Below are positions 11,264-22,361 of a stretch of DNA of 64,000 bases, piece after piece (within the stretch, counting starts at the first letter, position 1; each line of letters starts with the position of its first letter). The notes under the pieces are model-generated. The model was not told the DNA's origin. It saw only the letters and a program-made list of their open reading frames with translations, and searched no databases. The position numbers and the translations under genes are program-made. Source of the stretch: a gamma proteobacterium HTCC2207 (GTDB lineage: Bacteria; Pseudomonadota; Gammaproteobacteria; Pseudomonadales; Porticoccaceae); NCBI GenBank assembly GCA_905182855.1, contig CAJJDA010000009.1, positions 189,309-253,308 of the forward strand. The letters are read 5' to 3'.

Positions 11264-11689
11264 CTAATACCTCTATAATCAATTATGTCTATCGGCCCTG
11301 TTGCTATAGGAGTCATCGAAAAACGCCAATACCCAGAGTTCAGTTCGTTATTCATGTTCAAAGTGGATTGATACCTATGTGTTGCTCGTAATATCGTTGT
11401 AGCCGCCAAATGAACAACATTAATGCATTTACTCGCCACAGCACACATAACCTAGATAGACTACAGGATTTTAAATACTTAGTCAGCAAGGCCTCTGGGG
11501 TTCCCGGCCTTGTTAGCCAATCAAAGCTCGTAGCCTCGAGGCCCTATCCTTAATGCCAATCGAAAATATGAGCGACTCCACATGACCTAACGAGTTTATG
11601 TCACCGAGCTATACAGTGGTCACAGCTGTATCTTAAATACACTACCTAATACGATAAGTCTTGCCGCCAAAACCCTTCAACTAAAACCG

Positions 11690-12421
11690 TTACTGAATTT
11701 TACCCGCTCGCTCAAAACTCGGCACGCTTAAAAAGTCATTCCAAAACATCCAGCGGGCAAACGCCTTACCGACAATACGATCTTCGGGCACAGGGCCCCA
11801 GACACGACTATCACTGGAGTTATCTCGATTATCACCCATCATAAAGTAATGCCCCTCAGGCACGTCAGCAGCAAAATTATGGCTGAGCCGCGTAGCGACT
11901 GTGCGCCTCTGTAATCGGTGTTCAACGCCAGTCAGATTTTCGGACATCACCATTGACCTTGGGGCACCAGGTTTTTCAGCCACCGCTGACTGAACCATCT
12001 CATCGCCATTAATATAGACAACACCATTGAGAACACGTACCTCGTCACCAGGCAAGCCGACTAGACGTTTGATAAAGTATCGGTCCTCATGCGGCGGAAA
12101 AAAAACTAATACATCGCCACGCTGCGGGGAGCCAACCTCAAGCAGCTTCGTTCGCAATACCGGCAGCCGAATACCATAGGTCCACTTACTAACCAAAATA
12201 AAGTCACCCACTTTTAGCGTGGGCACCATTGACTGTGAGGGTATCTGAAAAGGCTCAATAACAAATGAACGAAGCAACAACACCAGACCGAGTACTGGTG
12301 CCAGACTACCTGTAAATTCAATAAGTCCTTCTTGCTGCTTAACAACAAATTTATTAAGCAGCCAGAACGCACCGGCCAGCAAAAATAAAATGCTAAGAAT
12401 TAGCTCAAAATTAAGATCCAT
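11690..12421 (-). CDS. lepB: Signal peptidase I
   Basis: Motifs IPSQSMVPTL, FIKRLVGLPGD, GDNRDNSSDSR. Confidence 0.96.
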   Translation of the reverse strand: MDLNFELILSILFLLAGAFWLLNKFVVKQQEGLIEFTGSLAPVLGLVLLLRSFVIEPFQIPSQSMVPTLKVGDFILVSKWTYGIRLPVLRTKLLEVGSPQRGDVLVFFPPHEDRYFIKRLVGLPGDEVRVLNGVVYINGDEMVQSAVAEKPGAPRSMVMSENLTGVEHRLQRRTVATRLSHNFAADVPEGHYFMMGDNRDNSSDSRVWGPVPEDRIVGKAFARWMFWNDFLSVPSFERAGKIQ

Positions 12422-12449
12422 CAGAGTTCAGCTCCATTAGGGTTGTCCA

Positions 12450-14242
12450 TTACGTGCGCAGTACCGCAAGGAAAGCATCTTGGGGTATTTCAACATTACC
12501 TACCTGTTTCATCCGTTTTTTACCGGCTTTTTGTTTTCTAATAATTTCTTTTTACGGCTGACATCCCCACCATAGCATTTCGCGGTCACATTCTTTCGTA
12601 GCGCTTTGACTGTAGTACGGGCGATAACGCTACCGCCGATAGCCGCTTGTATAGCCACGTCAAACATTTGCCGAGGAATCAGCTCTTTCATCTTATCAGC
12701 GAGATTACGACCCTTTTGCAAGGAGTACTCTCGGTGCGTAATCGCGGCCAACGCATCAACGCGATCGCCATTAATTAAGATATCTAACTTGACGAGATTG
12801 GCCATCTCAAAACGAACAAAGCTATAGTCTAGCGAAGCGAAGCCGCGGCTGACCGATTTAAGTCTGTCAAAGAAATCCATGACCACTTCGCTCATGGGTA
12901 ACTCGTAACGAATTGACACCTGACCGCCAATAAACTGCATATCTTTTTGTACGCCACGCTTCTCAACGCAGAGTGATATCACATTACCCACATAGTCTTT
13001 CGGCACCAATATATTAGCTTCGCAGATCGGCTCCCGCATTTCGGCAACCTGTCCTGGATCGGGCAGATTAGAGGGGTTAGAGACATACAATGTATCACCT
13101 TTGGCGGTAATAATTTCATACACCACCGTTGGGGCCGTTGTAATCAGATCTAGGTCATACTCTCGCTCAAGACGTTCTTGAATAATCTCCATATGCAGCA
13201 TGCCAAGGAACCCACAACGGAAACCAAAGCCCAGCGCGTCAGAGCTCTCCGGCTCGTAAAAAAGTGAGGCATCATTGACAGCCAGCTTAGCCAGCGCTTC
13301 TCGGAATTCTTCAAAATCGTCGGAATCAACCGGGAACATGCCGGCATAGACCTGCGGCTTAATCCGTTTAAACCCCGGCAGGGCATCGACATCAGACGTG
13401 CTGTGATGGGTCAATGTATCCCCCACCGGCGCGCCGAGAATATCTTTAATGCCCGCAACAACAAAACCCACTTCACCGGCACGCAAAACGCCCGTTGGTG
13501 TGCGTTTGGGCGTAAATACACCAACGCTATCTACCACATGCGGTTTGCCGATTGTTTTAGCAATAATTTTATTTTTGACCGAAAGCGTGCCCTGCATAAC
13601 TCGCACGAGCGAAACGACACCGAGATAGTTATCAAACCATGAATCAATAATTAGCGCCTGTAATGGCGCATCGACATCACCCAAAGGCGCCGGGACCTTT
13701 TTGACTAACTCTTCGAGAATATCCGTGATACCCTCGCCGGTTTTTGCGCTACAGCGGACAGCATCCGTAGCTTCAATACCAATAATGTTTTCAATTTCGT
13801 TTATAACTTGCTCTGGCTCTGCCTGGGGCAGGTCCATTTTGTTTAGCACCGGTATCACTTCCAAACCCTGAGTAATAGCCGTGTAACAGTTGGCCACCGA
13901 CTGCGCCTCGACGCCCTGAGCGGCATCAACAACCAGCAGCGCGCCTTCACAGGCTGCCAGCGATCGAGAGACTTCATAGCTGAAGTCTACATGGCCAGGC
14001 GTATCAATAAAGTTAAGCTGATAGGTCTTGCCATCTTGCGATGTGAACGGCAACGTAACGCTCTGAGACTTAATGGTAATACCGCGCTCACGCTCGATAG
14101 CCATGGAATCCAGTACTTGCGCAGCCATTTCGCGGTCTGCAAGGCCACCACAGAGCTGAATAAATCGATCCGCAATGGTCGATTTCCCATGGTCAATGTG
14201 TGCGATGATTGAAAAATTTCTAATATGACTGAGATCGGACAA
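12450..14242 (-). CDS. lepA: Elongation factor 4 (LepA); a frameshift in an A-run near 12535 hides the C-terminus [26 protein letters not shown]
   Basis: Motifs [16 protein letters not shown] and DTPGHVDF. The conserved C-terminal tail is present in the shifted frame. Confidence 0.96.
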
Positions 14243-14385
14243 AGGGTTTGTGCTGCCGTTAAAATTTTCGAGGGGATTCTAGCCTATTTGTAAGCCAGAC
14301 GCTATTAACCGCCTGATTTTACAGATCAAAATGCAAGCGGTTAAACCGCGCTATTAAGTCAAACGTCAAATAGCGCGGCGATGAT

Positions 14386-15801
14386 TTAATCAGCGAGTTG
14401 AATTGTCCGGAAAATAGCTCGCCCCTGACGGTAAAAGCGAATCGCCACTGGCATGTTTTTTGGCAATCCTTTGATAACCTTTCGATACTCAATAATATCA
14501 TCAATACGGCTGTAACCCAGTTGCACAATGATATCGTCAACTTGTAACATTGACTCGGACGCCGCTGAATCTGGGGAGACCTGCGTCACAAGTACACCAC
14601 CGCGAAGACGCAGTCTCAGGCGCTCTTCCTCTTGCAGGGTCTTAACTATTAGCCCCAGCGAGTCGGCGCCATCGGTACTTTTAGCAATACGCTCCTGGTC
14701 GCCATCAGCAAGAGAGCCAACGACTACTGTCAGAGTTTTTCGCCTGCCCTCGCGGTAAATATTTACCTTGGCTTTATCACCAGGCACTATCATCCCCACC
14801 ACATGAGGTAAATCGCCAGACTTAGCAATAGACTGCCCATTAACACGCACAACAACATCACCGGGCTGGATGCCACCCTTAGCGGCAGGACTGTCTTGCT
14901 CCACCGAAGTAATCAACGCCCCCTTTGGTGTGCCTAACTGCAGTGACTCCGCCAGACTGTTAGTGACCTCTTGAATGGCTACTCCGAACCAACCTCGCTG
15001 AACAATTCCACGATCTTTGAGTTGCTCAATGACCCCCATAGCAACTCTGGAAGGGATGGCAAAAGAGAGTCCAATTGAACCACCTGAGCGCGAATAAATT
15101 TGCGAGTTAATACCAACGACCTGCCCCTCAAGGTTAAACAAAGGGCCACCGGAATTACCGGGGTTAATCGCAACGTCTGTCTGAATAAAAGGTACGTAGT
15201 TCTCACCCTTTTCTGTAGGAATACTGCGCCCAATAGCACTGACGATCCCCGCAGTGACGGAGTAGTCGAGACCAAACGGCGATCCTATGGCCACCACCCA
15301 AGCACCGGCCCTTAGCGTATCTGAGTCGGCAAATTCAAGTGCGGATAGATTTTTAGCTTCAATTTTCAGGAGAGCTAAATCGGAGCGCCGGTCTGAGCTT
15401 AATTATTGGTGCTGTACTTGTCATTCATCAGAAAATAAAACCTGTATTTCATCCGCCTCATCCACCACATGGTGATTGGTCAAAATATAGCCGTCATCCG
15501 AGATCACAAACCCAGAGCCCATAGAGCGCGCAGGACGTCCTGTTTGGGGTCCTTGGCGCTGCTCAAATAGTTCGCGTAACCTCTCTGGAATTTGGTCCTG
15601 AGGCATCTGCGGCGATCGCTGCTGCTGGCCCCGACTCAGAGTATTGATTTTAACCACAGCGGGAGAAGCCGCCTCAACAAGATCGGTAAAATCTGGCAAT
15701 TGGGCATAAGCGGGCGAAAGGGTGACGAGGAACAATGCAGTAACAAAGATGAATTTCTTTAGCACAGGGTTATCTCCGATATAAAAAGGTAAAACTGACA
15801 A
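14386..15801 (-). CDS. mucD: DegP/MucD-like periplasmic serine endoprotease with two PDZ domains (garbled 10-codon stretch with two in-frame stops at 15403-15423)
   Basis: Motifs GSGFVIS, TNHHVV, SDLALLKI, NPGNSGGPL. Both ORFs are in the same frame, and the gene follows rseC. Confidence 0.88.
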
Positions 15802-15814
15802 TATGATGGCTGTT

Positions 15815-16273
15815 CTATTGGAAGTCTAGAGCCTGCTTTTCGCCAAGGTCACTAAGTAAGACCGGATTGAGACGTAAATCGTTCCGCAGTTTCTGACTTT
15901 GAAGGTTAACTAAAACCCCGCCGAGCAGTAGGCCACAAAAAGCGCCCAGCATGCTCTGCAACTCCCCCTGAGGTCCTGCAAGCCAAGCGCCAATCACCGA
16001 CGATATAACAGGCACCAGGTACACCAGAAGTGAACCCTTAACAATGACATCTTCGGGGATCCCTATTGTCACTGACTGGCCCGGCACAATATTTTTAGGC
16101 GACTGAGAATCAAAAAGAACCCGAATACGATTAGTTTTGCCTGTTAGCTTAGATAAAACGCGCTGCCCGCAGCCTTTTTCAGCAACACAGGTGTCGCAGG
16201 TAGAAGTCTGAATAGTCTCTACTAATAAGCTATCTGAATCGACTTGAACAACGGTCCCACTTTCGAGAATCAT
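15815..16273 (-). CDS. rseC: RseC/MucC family protein
   Basis: CxxC-x4-CG motif, two TM helices, position in the rpoE operon. Confidence 0.88.
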   Translation of the reverse strand: MILESGTVVQVDSDSLLVETIQTSTCDTCVAEKGCGQRVLSKLTGKTNRIRVLFDSQSPKNIVPGQSVTIGIPEDVIVKGSLLVYLVPVISSVIGAWLAGPQGELQSMLGAFCGLLLGGVLVNLQSQKLRNDLRLNPVLLSDLGEKQALDFQ

Positions 16274-16288
16274 TCCGCACTCACTCGT

Positions 16289-17269
16289 TTAACGGTTAAT
16301 TGGCAAACGCCGTATCGGTCCCATGGCAACAGCAATACGAGCCGCTGTACTACGCGGAATCTCTCCCACCACAGTAACGGCATACTGCCGATTATTAAAC
16401 TTAGCCTTTCTCAGAGCTACAACTGTAGCACCGACATTAGCCTCGACGCTAGGTAAGCTCTGGCTGCTTTCAGAAGCGTCTATGAAGACAGAGAACACTG
16501 CCAACCCGTCCGTATACATCATCGACTCCCGGCCGTCAGGATCGACCGGGCTAGAGGAAGACAAAACGAAGCCTGGCGGCCGCCATCTGGACTCCCATGC
16601 TGACGGCGATGGAGGAGTATTATCCTGCTGACAGACAGGCTCTTCGGCACCACCGGAGGTCATCAGTGACGGAAGCCATTCAACATTATTGGCACTGGCT
16701 CCAATGGCCACATCGATAAACTGGAACCGCTCCATGGGTTTACTATCATGATTCATTAATACGGACTGCAGCATCAGACCGGATTGCTTATCGATTGCGA
16801 CAATATAGCCATAACGAAAGCGGTCTTTGGGAATCACATGCACCACCGAAACTGAACGACCAGCGATACGCGCATCACCGCGAATATGGAAATCATACAA
16901 ATCTCTAAGATGGGCATAATTATCATCACCGCTTTTAAGAGGCCTGCCCCCCAACAGTAGGTCTGCCGCACGCATGCAGTCGGTATCATCCCCTCGACGG
17001 ACTACCTCACTCTCCGGCCCATCCATGTGCTGGATTCGCTCATAGGTTTTGCCATCACGCACTATATGCGCGACTTTAATACTGCGCAGATTACCGCGAT
17101 ACTCGTAGGTCACGAGGCCTGCATAGCTGAGGCTTTTAGACGCATTGGTCATGCCCGTCACAAGGTCATAGCCCGAGGACATTGGCTCTGCAAATATAGA
17201 CCCATGCACAAAAATGGCGGCTACAATAGCCGCCAGTTTTATATTTTTAAACCAAAATTTAACCAACAT
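16289..17269 (-). CDS. rseB: Sigma-E regulatory protein RseB/MucB
   Basis: Motifs PKDRFRYGY, YTDGLAVFSVFI, VTVVGEIP; signal peptide. Confidence 0.9.
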   Translation of the reverse strand: MLVKFWFKNIKLAAIVAAIFVHGSIFAEPMSSGYDLVTGMTNASKSLSYAGLVTYEYRGNLRSIKVAHIVRDGKTYERIQHMDGPESEVVRRGDDTDCMRAADLLLGGRPLKSGDDNYAHLRDLYDFHIRGDARIAGRSVSVVHVIPKDRFRYGYIVAIDKQSGLMLQSVLMNHDSKPMERFQFIDVAIGASANNVEWLPSLMTSGGAEEPVCQQDNTPPSPSAWESRWRPPGFVLSSSSPVDPDGRESMMYTDGLAVFSVFIDASESSQSLPSVEANVGATVVALRKAKFNNRQYAVTVVGEIPRSTAARIAVAMGPIRRLPINR

Positions 17270-17309
17270 CCGAATGGAATATCCTGTTTAGACGCAGCGC
17301 TACCTACCG

Positions 17310-18020
17310 TTACTCAGGTTCAGGAGCAACGCCGTTCATCGTAGCACGCGCAAATGGCAACATTCCCTGACTACTATTTAATGCAGCATGGCTAGAGTGA
17401 TCAAGTATAATATCATTTAAATAGCTGCGAAGCTCTACCTCTGAAAACTGCTTTTTGATCGGCTGTCCGACCTTAATAGTTTTGGCTATGGGCTGTCGAG
17501 AGGTTTGATTATTACTGCCAACGCTAACCGTACGGGCTTGAATATTTGGCTGAAAGCCTGCGGGGAACTGTAGTGCCGGCCCCGTATTTTGAAGAGCCTC
17601 ATCAACAGCGACTTCGGCAAACTGAATAGCATCTGCATTCTCAAGGCCGCCATTATTAAGCTGCTGCACTCCCAGAATAGCTACCATGGCCACAGATGCT
17701 GCAATGGCAAAACGACCCGCAGAACCAGCATGCCTTGTTAATGGATTTATACGATGAGCATTTTCTAGATCAATAGCAGCTGAAATAGCCCCAGACAAAT
17801 CTATTTTTGAGACAGGCTCTCCCGTCATTACTGACGACGCCATCTGATAGCGCTGCCATTTATCCCGCGCACTGCACCTTGCACCACTTGTATCGCCTAC
17901 TTCCTTGAGGATTCGATGGGTTTCAAACTCGGTGGCCTCGCCATCCATCAACGCGGAAACCGACTCCCCAAGACGATCTTCATAGTCGCTCATTTGTGGT
18001 CGCTCATTTATTGCCCTCAA
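17310..18020 (-). CDS. rseA: Anti-sigma-E factor RseA/MucA (start probably about 17993)
   Basis: Motifs ESVSALMDGE and WQRYQ, and an AIAASVA TM helix. Confidence 0.9.
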   Translation of the reverse strand: MRAINERPQMSDYEDRLGESVSALMDGEATEFETHRILKEVGDTSGARCSARDKWQRYQMASSVMTGEPVSKIDLSGAISAAIDLENAHRINPLTRHAGSAGRFAIAASVAMVAILGVQQLNNGGLENADAIQFAEVAVDEALQNTGPALQFPAGFQPNIQARTVSVGSNNQTSRQPIAKTIKVGQPIKKQFSEVELRSYLNDIILDHSSHAALNSSQGMLPFARATMNGVAPEPE

Positions 18021-18077
18021 TCCAATTAATTAAGTTATTACAGATAGAACAGGGTGTATCAGTAAAACGTCTCAGGC

Positions 18078-18104
18078 TTGGACCCACCGTTTAGCAAAAG
18101 GTTC
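18078..18104 (-). promoter_or_regulatory. Putative sigma-E promoter upstream of rseA
   Basis: Minus strand GAACCT-N16-TCCAA matches the sigmaE/AlgU consensus. Confidence 0.6.
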
Positions 18105-18113
18105 ACCAATGTT

Positions 18114-18704
18114 CTAACTACCTTCCATTAATTCTAATACTCTAATATCTATTGACTCACGTCCGCGGAAAATCCGCGATCTCACCGTACCCACAGGACA
18201 ATCCATTACTCCTGCGATGTCCTCATAACTTAGGCCTTCATATTCGCGCAAAGTTACTGCAGTCCGCAAATCTTCTGGCAGTTCTTCGATAGCTTTGTTG
18301 ATAACCGTCTCCAGCTCATCACGAAAGAGCTGATTTTCAGGCGTTCCCAAGTCTTTAAGCTGTTCACTGCCAGCATAAAATTCGGCGTCATCAAGATTAA
18401 CATCTGAAGACGGCGGACGCCTACTCCGCGCCACCAAATAATTTTTCGCAGTATTCACCGCAATTCTAAAGAGCCAGGTATAGAACTGACTATCGCCACG
18501 AAACCTAGGCAATGCGCGGTAGGCTTTTAAAAAGGCTTCTTGGGTAATATCCTCCACTTCATGACTGTCACGAATAAATCGCCCGACAATTGCATGCACT
18601 CTGTATTGATATTTGAGAACCAAAAGATCAAACGCCCGCTTATCGCCTTGCTGTACTCTAGTTACCAACTGCTGATCAGTTGAGCCTATTTTAGTTTCCG
18701 TCAT
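18114..18704 (-). CDS. rpoE: ECF sigma factor RpoE/AlgU
   Basis: Motifs DQQLVTRVQQGDKRAFDLLV and CPVGTVRSRIFR. Confidence 0.97.
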   Translation of the reverse strand: MTETKIGSTDQQLVTRVQQGDKRAFDLLVLKYQYRVHAIVGRFIRDSHEVEDITQEAFLKAYRALPRFRGDSQFYTWLFRIAVNTAKNYLVARSRRPPSSDVNLDDAEFYAGSEQLKDLGTPENQLFRDELETVINKAIEELPEDLRTAVTLREYEGLSYEDIAGVMDCPVGTVRSRIFRGRESIDIRVLELMEGS

Positions 18705-18797
18705 TTAACGATTCGTTCCCCAACCCTATGGGTTATATTTTTGTCCCTGCAAAACCAACGCTTTGTGCAACCATCGAAGTTTGCGTTGCTAACTTAG

Positions 18798-18824
18798 ACA
18801 GACCAGAATCTGACTAATAAGTTC
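18798..18824 (-). promoter_or_regulatory. Putative autoregulatory sigma-E promoter of rpoE
   Basis: Minus strand GAACTT-N16-TCTGT. Confidence 0.65.
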
Positions 18825-18876
18825 GCGCTTTTAGTTAGCTTGCGTTGGTTGCTTATACTATCATGCACGACCGTTT

Positions 18877-20513
18877 ATGTGTGGCCATCAAATGAAACCA
18901 ACCAATCTCTTCGACGTCCTGATTATCGGCAGCGGTGCCGCCGGCTTAACACTCGCACTGCAACTAGATAAACACCTACATATCGCGTTAATCAGCAAAG
19001 CAGCCCTGCAAGCAGGCGCCTCCTGGTATGCTCAGGGTGGCATCGCTGCCGTATTTGATGAGAATGATAGTCTTGATGCCCATATTGCAGACACCTTAGC
19101 TGCCGGCGCTGGCCTATGCCATGAGGATGCCGTGCGCTTTGTTGTTGAGCATGGCCCTGATGCCATTAATTGGCTCATCGAGCAGGGTGTCGACTTTACT
19201 AAAGACAGTGACCAAGAGAGTTATCATCTAACCCAAGAAGGCGGCCATAGCCACAGACGCATACTGCACACGGCTGATGCGACAGGTAAAGAAGTTACCG
19301 GCACGTTAGTCGACAAAGTGATAGCCGCCGATAATATCGAAATTTACGAACAGCACTGCGCCGTTGACTTGATATCTCAGGCCGATAAAGGCTCGCGTAA
19401 AATACGCTGCAGCGGCGCCTACATACTGGATATTGAAAAGGATACTGTCTCGCTCTTTCAGGCAAAGAGCGTGGTGTTAGCCTCCGGTGGCGCCAGTAAA
19501 GCTTATCTGTATACCAGCAATCCTGATGGTGCCAGCGGCGATGGCGTAGCTATGGCATGGCGCCGCGGCTGTCGTGTGGCAAATATGGAATTTAACCAGT
19601 TTCACCCCACCTGCCTCTACCACCCCAAAGCCAAGTCATTTCTGATTACCGAAGCGCTGCGTGGTGAAGGTGCGATACTGCGCCTACCCGACGGCAGTCC
19701 TTTTATGAAAAACTTCCACCCAGATGGTGAATTAGCCCCCAGAGATGTCGTCGCTCGCGCCATTGACCATGAAATGAAGCGCCTCGGAAGTGACTGCCTG
19801 TATTTAGATATCAGTCATAAACCAGCGGCCTTTATCACCGAACATTTTCCAACCATGTACGAGCATTGCCTGGGATTTGGCATAGACATCACTCAAGATC
19901 CCATTCCGATCGTGCCCGCTGCGCATTACACCTGTGGCGGCATCATGACAACAACTATGGTCAAACTGATCTGCTAAATCTCTATTCTATTGGCGAGAGT
20001 GCCTTCACTGGCCTGCACGGTGCCAACCGAATGGCCAGTAACTCCCTGCTGGAATGTTTGGTTTATGCCCGCTCAGCGGCAGGCGAAATTAATCGGCTTA
20101 GCCCTAACATTGCCCAGCCCGATTTCAAGCCCGACTGGGATGAGTCTCGGGTGAGCTCGTCAGATGAAGACGTGGTCATTTCGCACAACTGGGACGAGTT
20201 GCGTCGATTTATGTGGGATTATGTTGGCATTGTGCGCACCAACAAACGCCTAGAGCGCGCGCAGCACAGAGTTAAACTATTGCAAAAAGAGATTGCCGAA
20301 TACTATAGCAATTGCAAAGTGACCAGAGACCTACTTGAGCTGCGCAATCTGGCCACTGTCTCGGAGTTGATTATCCGCTGCGCGATGGAACGTAAAGAAA
20401 GTCGTGGCCTGCACTACACTATGGACTATCCCGAGATGTCACCGATAGCCAGCGACACCATTATGGTACCCATTAATTTCGCTGGACAGAATGTCATTAT
20501 CAACCGCGATTAA
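18877..20513 (+). CDS. nadB: L-aspartate oxidase (frameshift near 19950)
   Basis: Motifs [27 protein letters not shown], and [15 protein letters not shown] in the second ORF; divergent from rpoE. Confidence 0.95.
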
Positions 20514-20926
20514 CGGGCCATTATAAGTTGGCGTAGCAAACGATGCTCAGACGCCGACAGTGCATCTCGAGGCACCACTCGCAGCACCGGCTTACCTGCA
20601 GAGGTTTTAAAATACAGGATAACCAAAAAAGCCGTGACGAATTGACCCGCCTGCAAGCGCAACTCAACCCTCGTTTGGCCTGCAATCACGATCCAGAGGT
20701 CTGCTGCCGGTTTCCACCTTAGTATTTCAATGCCCCGGGAACGCCAAGCTTTCAGGTAACCCAAGCCTAGCATCATGGTTAGACCGATACTCGCCAGCCT
20801 CACCCACCATAGCAATGGCAGGCCAACAAGAATCACGGTCGCGAGAATTGCTAGTCCACATTGGCCTACCAAAAGGTAGTTCGAAGGATGGAGTCTAAAT
20901 TGTACCGGCGGGTTTTCGACTATCAC
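20510..20926 (-). CDS. YgfX-like membrane protein
   Basis: Two TM helices, C-terminal D..S..EHRLLR, located downstream of sdhE. Confidence 0.65.
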   Translation of the reverse strand: MIVENPPVQFRLHPSNYLLVGQCGLAILATVILVGLPLLWWVRLASIGLTMMLGLGYLKAWRSRGIEILRWKPAADLWIVIAGQTRVELRLQAGQFVTAFLVILYFKTSAGKPVLRVVPRDALSASEHRLLRQLIMAR

Positions 20927-21146
20927 GAATTATCTGCACTATCCGTTTAATATCTGGATCAACTGCTACTTCACGATTCATTAACCAAAGGAATAAATCT
21001 TGATCTTCCAATTCGAGCAGTTCCTGAAAGCGCAGTTGATCAGACTCTTCGAGTAAATCGTAGTGGTTTTCAGTAAAAGGTTGAAGAATCAGATCGAGTT
21101 CTAACATGCCGCGGCGACTAGCCCACAGTAGACGGTTCTTATTCAT
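20895..21146 (-). CDS. sdhE: Succinate dehydrogenase flavinylation factor SdhE
   Basis: WASRRGMLELD motif. Confidence 0.95.
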   Translation of the reverse strand: MNKNRLLWASRRGMLELDLILQPFTENHYDLLEESDQLRFQELLELEDQDLFLWLMNREVAVDPDIKRIVQIIRDSRKPAGTI

Positions 21147-21222
21147 AGATAATCAGTCGTTGTAATAAAGCAGTATTATAAGAGACAATCGTTCGCCCAT
21201 CTACAGACACAGTAACAAAGAT

Positions 21223-21951
21223 ATGACGAACACCGCTGACCGACGCGCACACATACAATTGTCAGGCCCAGATAGTCGTAAATTCCTACAGGGGCAAGTC
21301 ACCTGCGATATGAGCTTAGTGACTGGCGATAGTGTCATTAATGGCGCCCACTGCACCCCAAAAGGGCGTATGATATTTCTGTTTAGAGCCACCTGTGATG
21401 AGCAGGATAATATCCTTTTACAGACTCACCAATCGGTCGCTGACATTGCCATAGCTAGCCTGACTAAATATGCCGTATTTTTTAAAACACAGATTACTGA
21501 TGTCTCTGAACAGTATGCAATGCAAAATAAGGAGAGTCATCTGGCAAGACTGCGAAGCGGCTGTGCCGATGTGGTGGCCGAAACCTCTGATATGTTTATC
21601 CCCCAGATGCTAAATCTCGACGCGCTGGGCTATATTAGCTTCAAAAAAGGCTGTTATACCGGACAGGAAATTATTGCTCGCGCGCATTATCGGGGGGCAG
21701 TAAAACGACGCATGCACCATCTCCAACTGGCGAGCACAGTTTTGCCCCAACCCGGTGATCCTATAAAGGATTCTGAAGGTAAAGCGATCGGCACTATTGC
21801 AAGCGCAGCCCAGACGGATGACGCCACCGTAGAAGTATTAGCGGTGCTCGCAGACAAATCCGCTGGCTGTACTGAAATTCAGGTTGGCCATGGCCCGCTG
21901 TCAGCCATCACGCATCTGCCATTGCCCTACGATATACCCGCCAGTCCGTGA
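21223..21951 (+). CDS. ygfZ: Folate-binding Fe-S repair protein YgfZ
   Basis: KGCYTGQE signature; FLQGQVTCD. Confidence 0.93.
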   Translation: MTNTADRRAHIQLSGPDSRKFLQGQVTCDMSLVTGDSVINGAHCTPKGRMIFLFRATCDEQDNILLQTHQSVADIAIASLTKYAVFFKTQITDVSEQYAMQNKESHLARLRSGCADVVAETSDMFIPQMLNLDALGYISFKKGCYTGQEIIARAHYRGAVKRRMHHLQLASTVLPQPGDPIKDSEGKAIGTIASAAQTDDATVEVLAVLADKSAGCTEIQVGHGPLSAITHLPLPYDIPASP

Positions 21952-22361
21952 GCAGACTTATAGATTGGTTGGTTCCATTTCAGCAATGGCTGCTGTGGGT
22001 AGGCGCAGCCTCATTACTCATCTTCACTCTGAGTCTCCTGTCTTTGCCCTGGCTTGTCGCACAGATTCCAGAAGATTATTTTTTGGCAAAACCTCGTCAT
22101 CTCGGTGATCGAGGCATAATAGGGTTGTTGGTAAAAAATCTGATTGGCTATGGTTTGATACTGGCAGGAATCCTAATGCTACTCCTGCCCGGGCAGGGTA
22201 TCCTCACGATGATCACAGGTCTGCTATTGATCGACTACCCCGGAAAATTTCGGCTTGAGCGTCAAATTGCGCGACAGCCCGCCATACTTAAGAGCCTCAA
22301 TTGGTTGCGCGCTAAAGCACAGAATTCGCCCTTACGTCCACCGATAATCCCTTCAACGTAA
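21948..22361 (+). CDS. PGPGW-family membrane protein
   Basis: LLPGQGILT motif and TM helices. Confidence 0.7.
   Translation: MSRLIDWLVPFQQWLLWVGAASLLIFTLSLLSLPWLVAQIPEDYFLAKPRHLGDRGIIGLLVKNLIGYGLILAGILMLLLPGQGILTMITGLLLIDYPGKFRLERQIARQPAILKSLNWLRAKAQNSPLRPPIIPST

Noticed and set aside
11260-11448. 62-aa ORF upstream of rnc as DUF4845
   Set aside because: It lacks the N-terminal TM/pilin-like pattern and the length of that family.
15403-15423. In-frame TGA in mucD as selenocysteine or readthrough
   Set aside because: A TAA follows six codons later and the whole 10-codon patch departs from the DegP consensus, so it looks like a local sequencing error.
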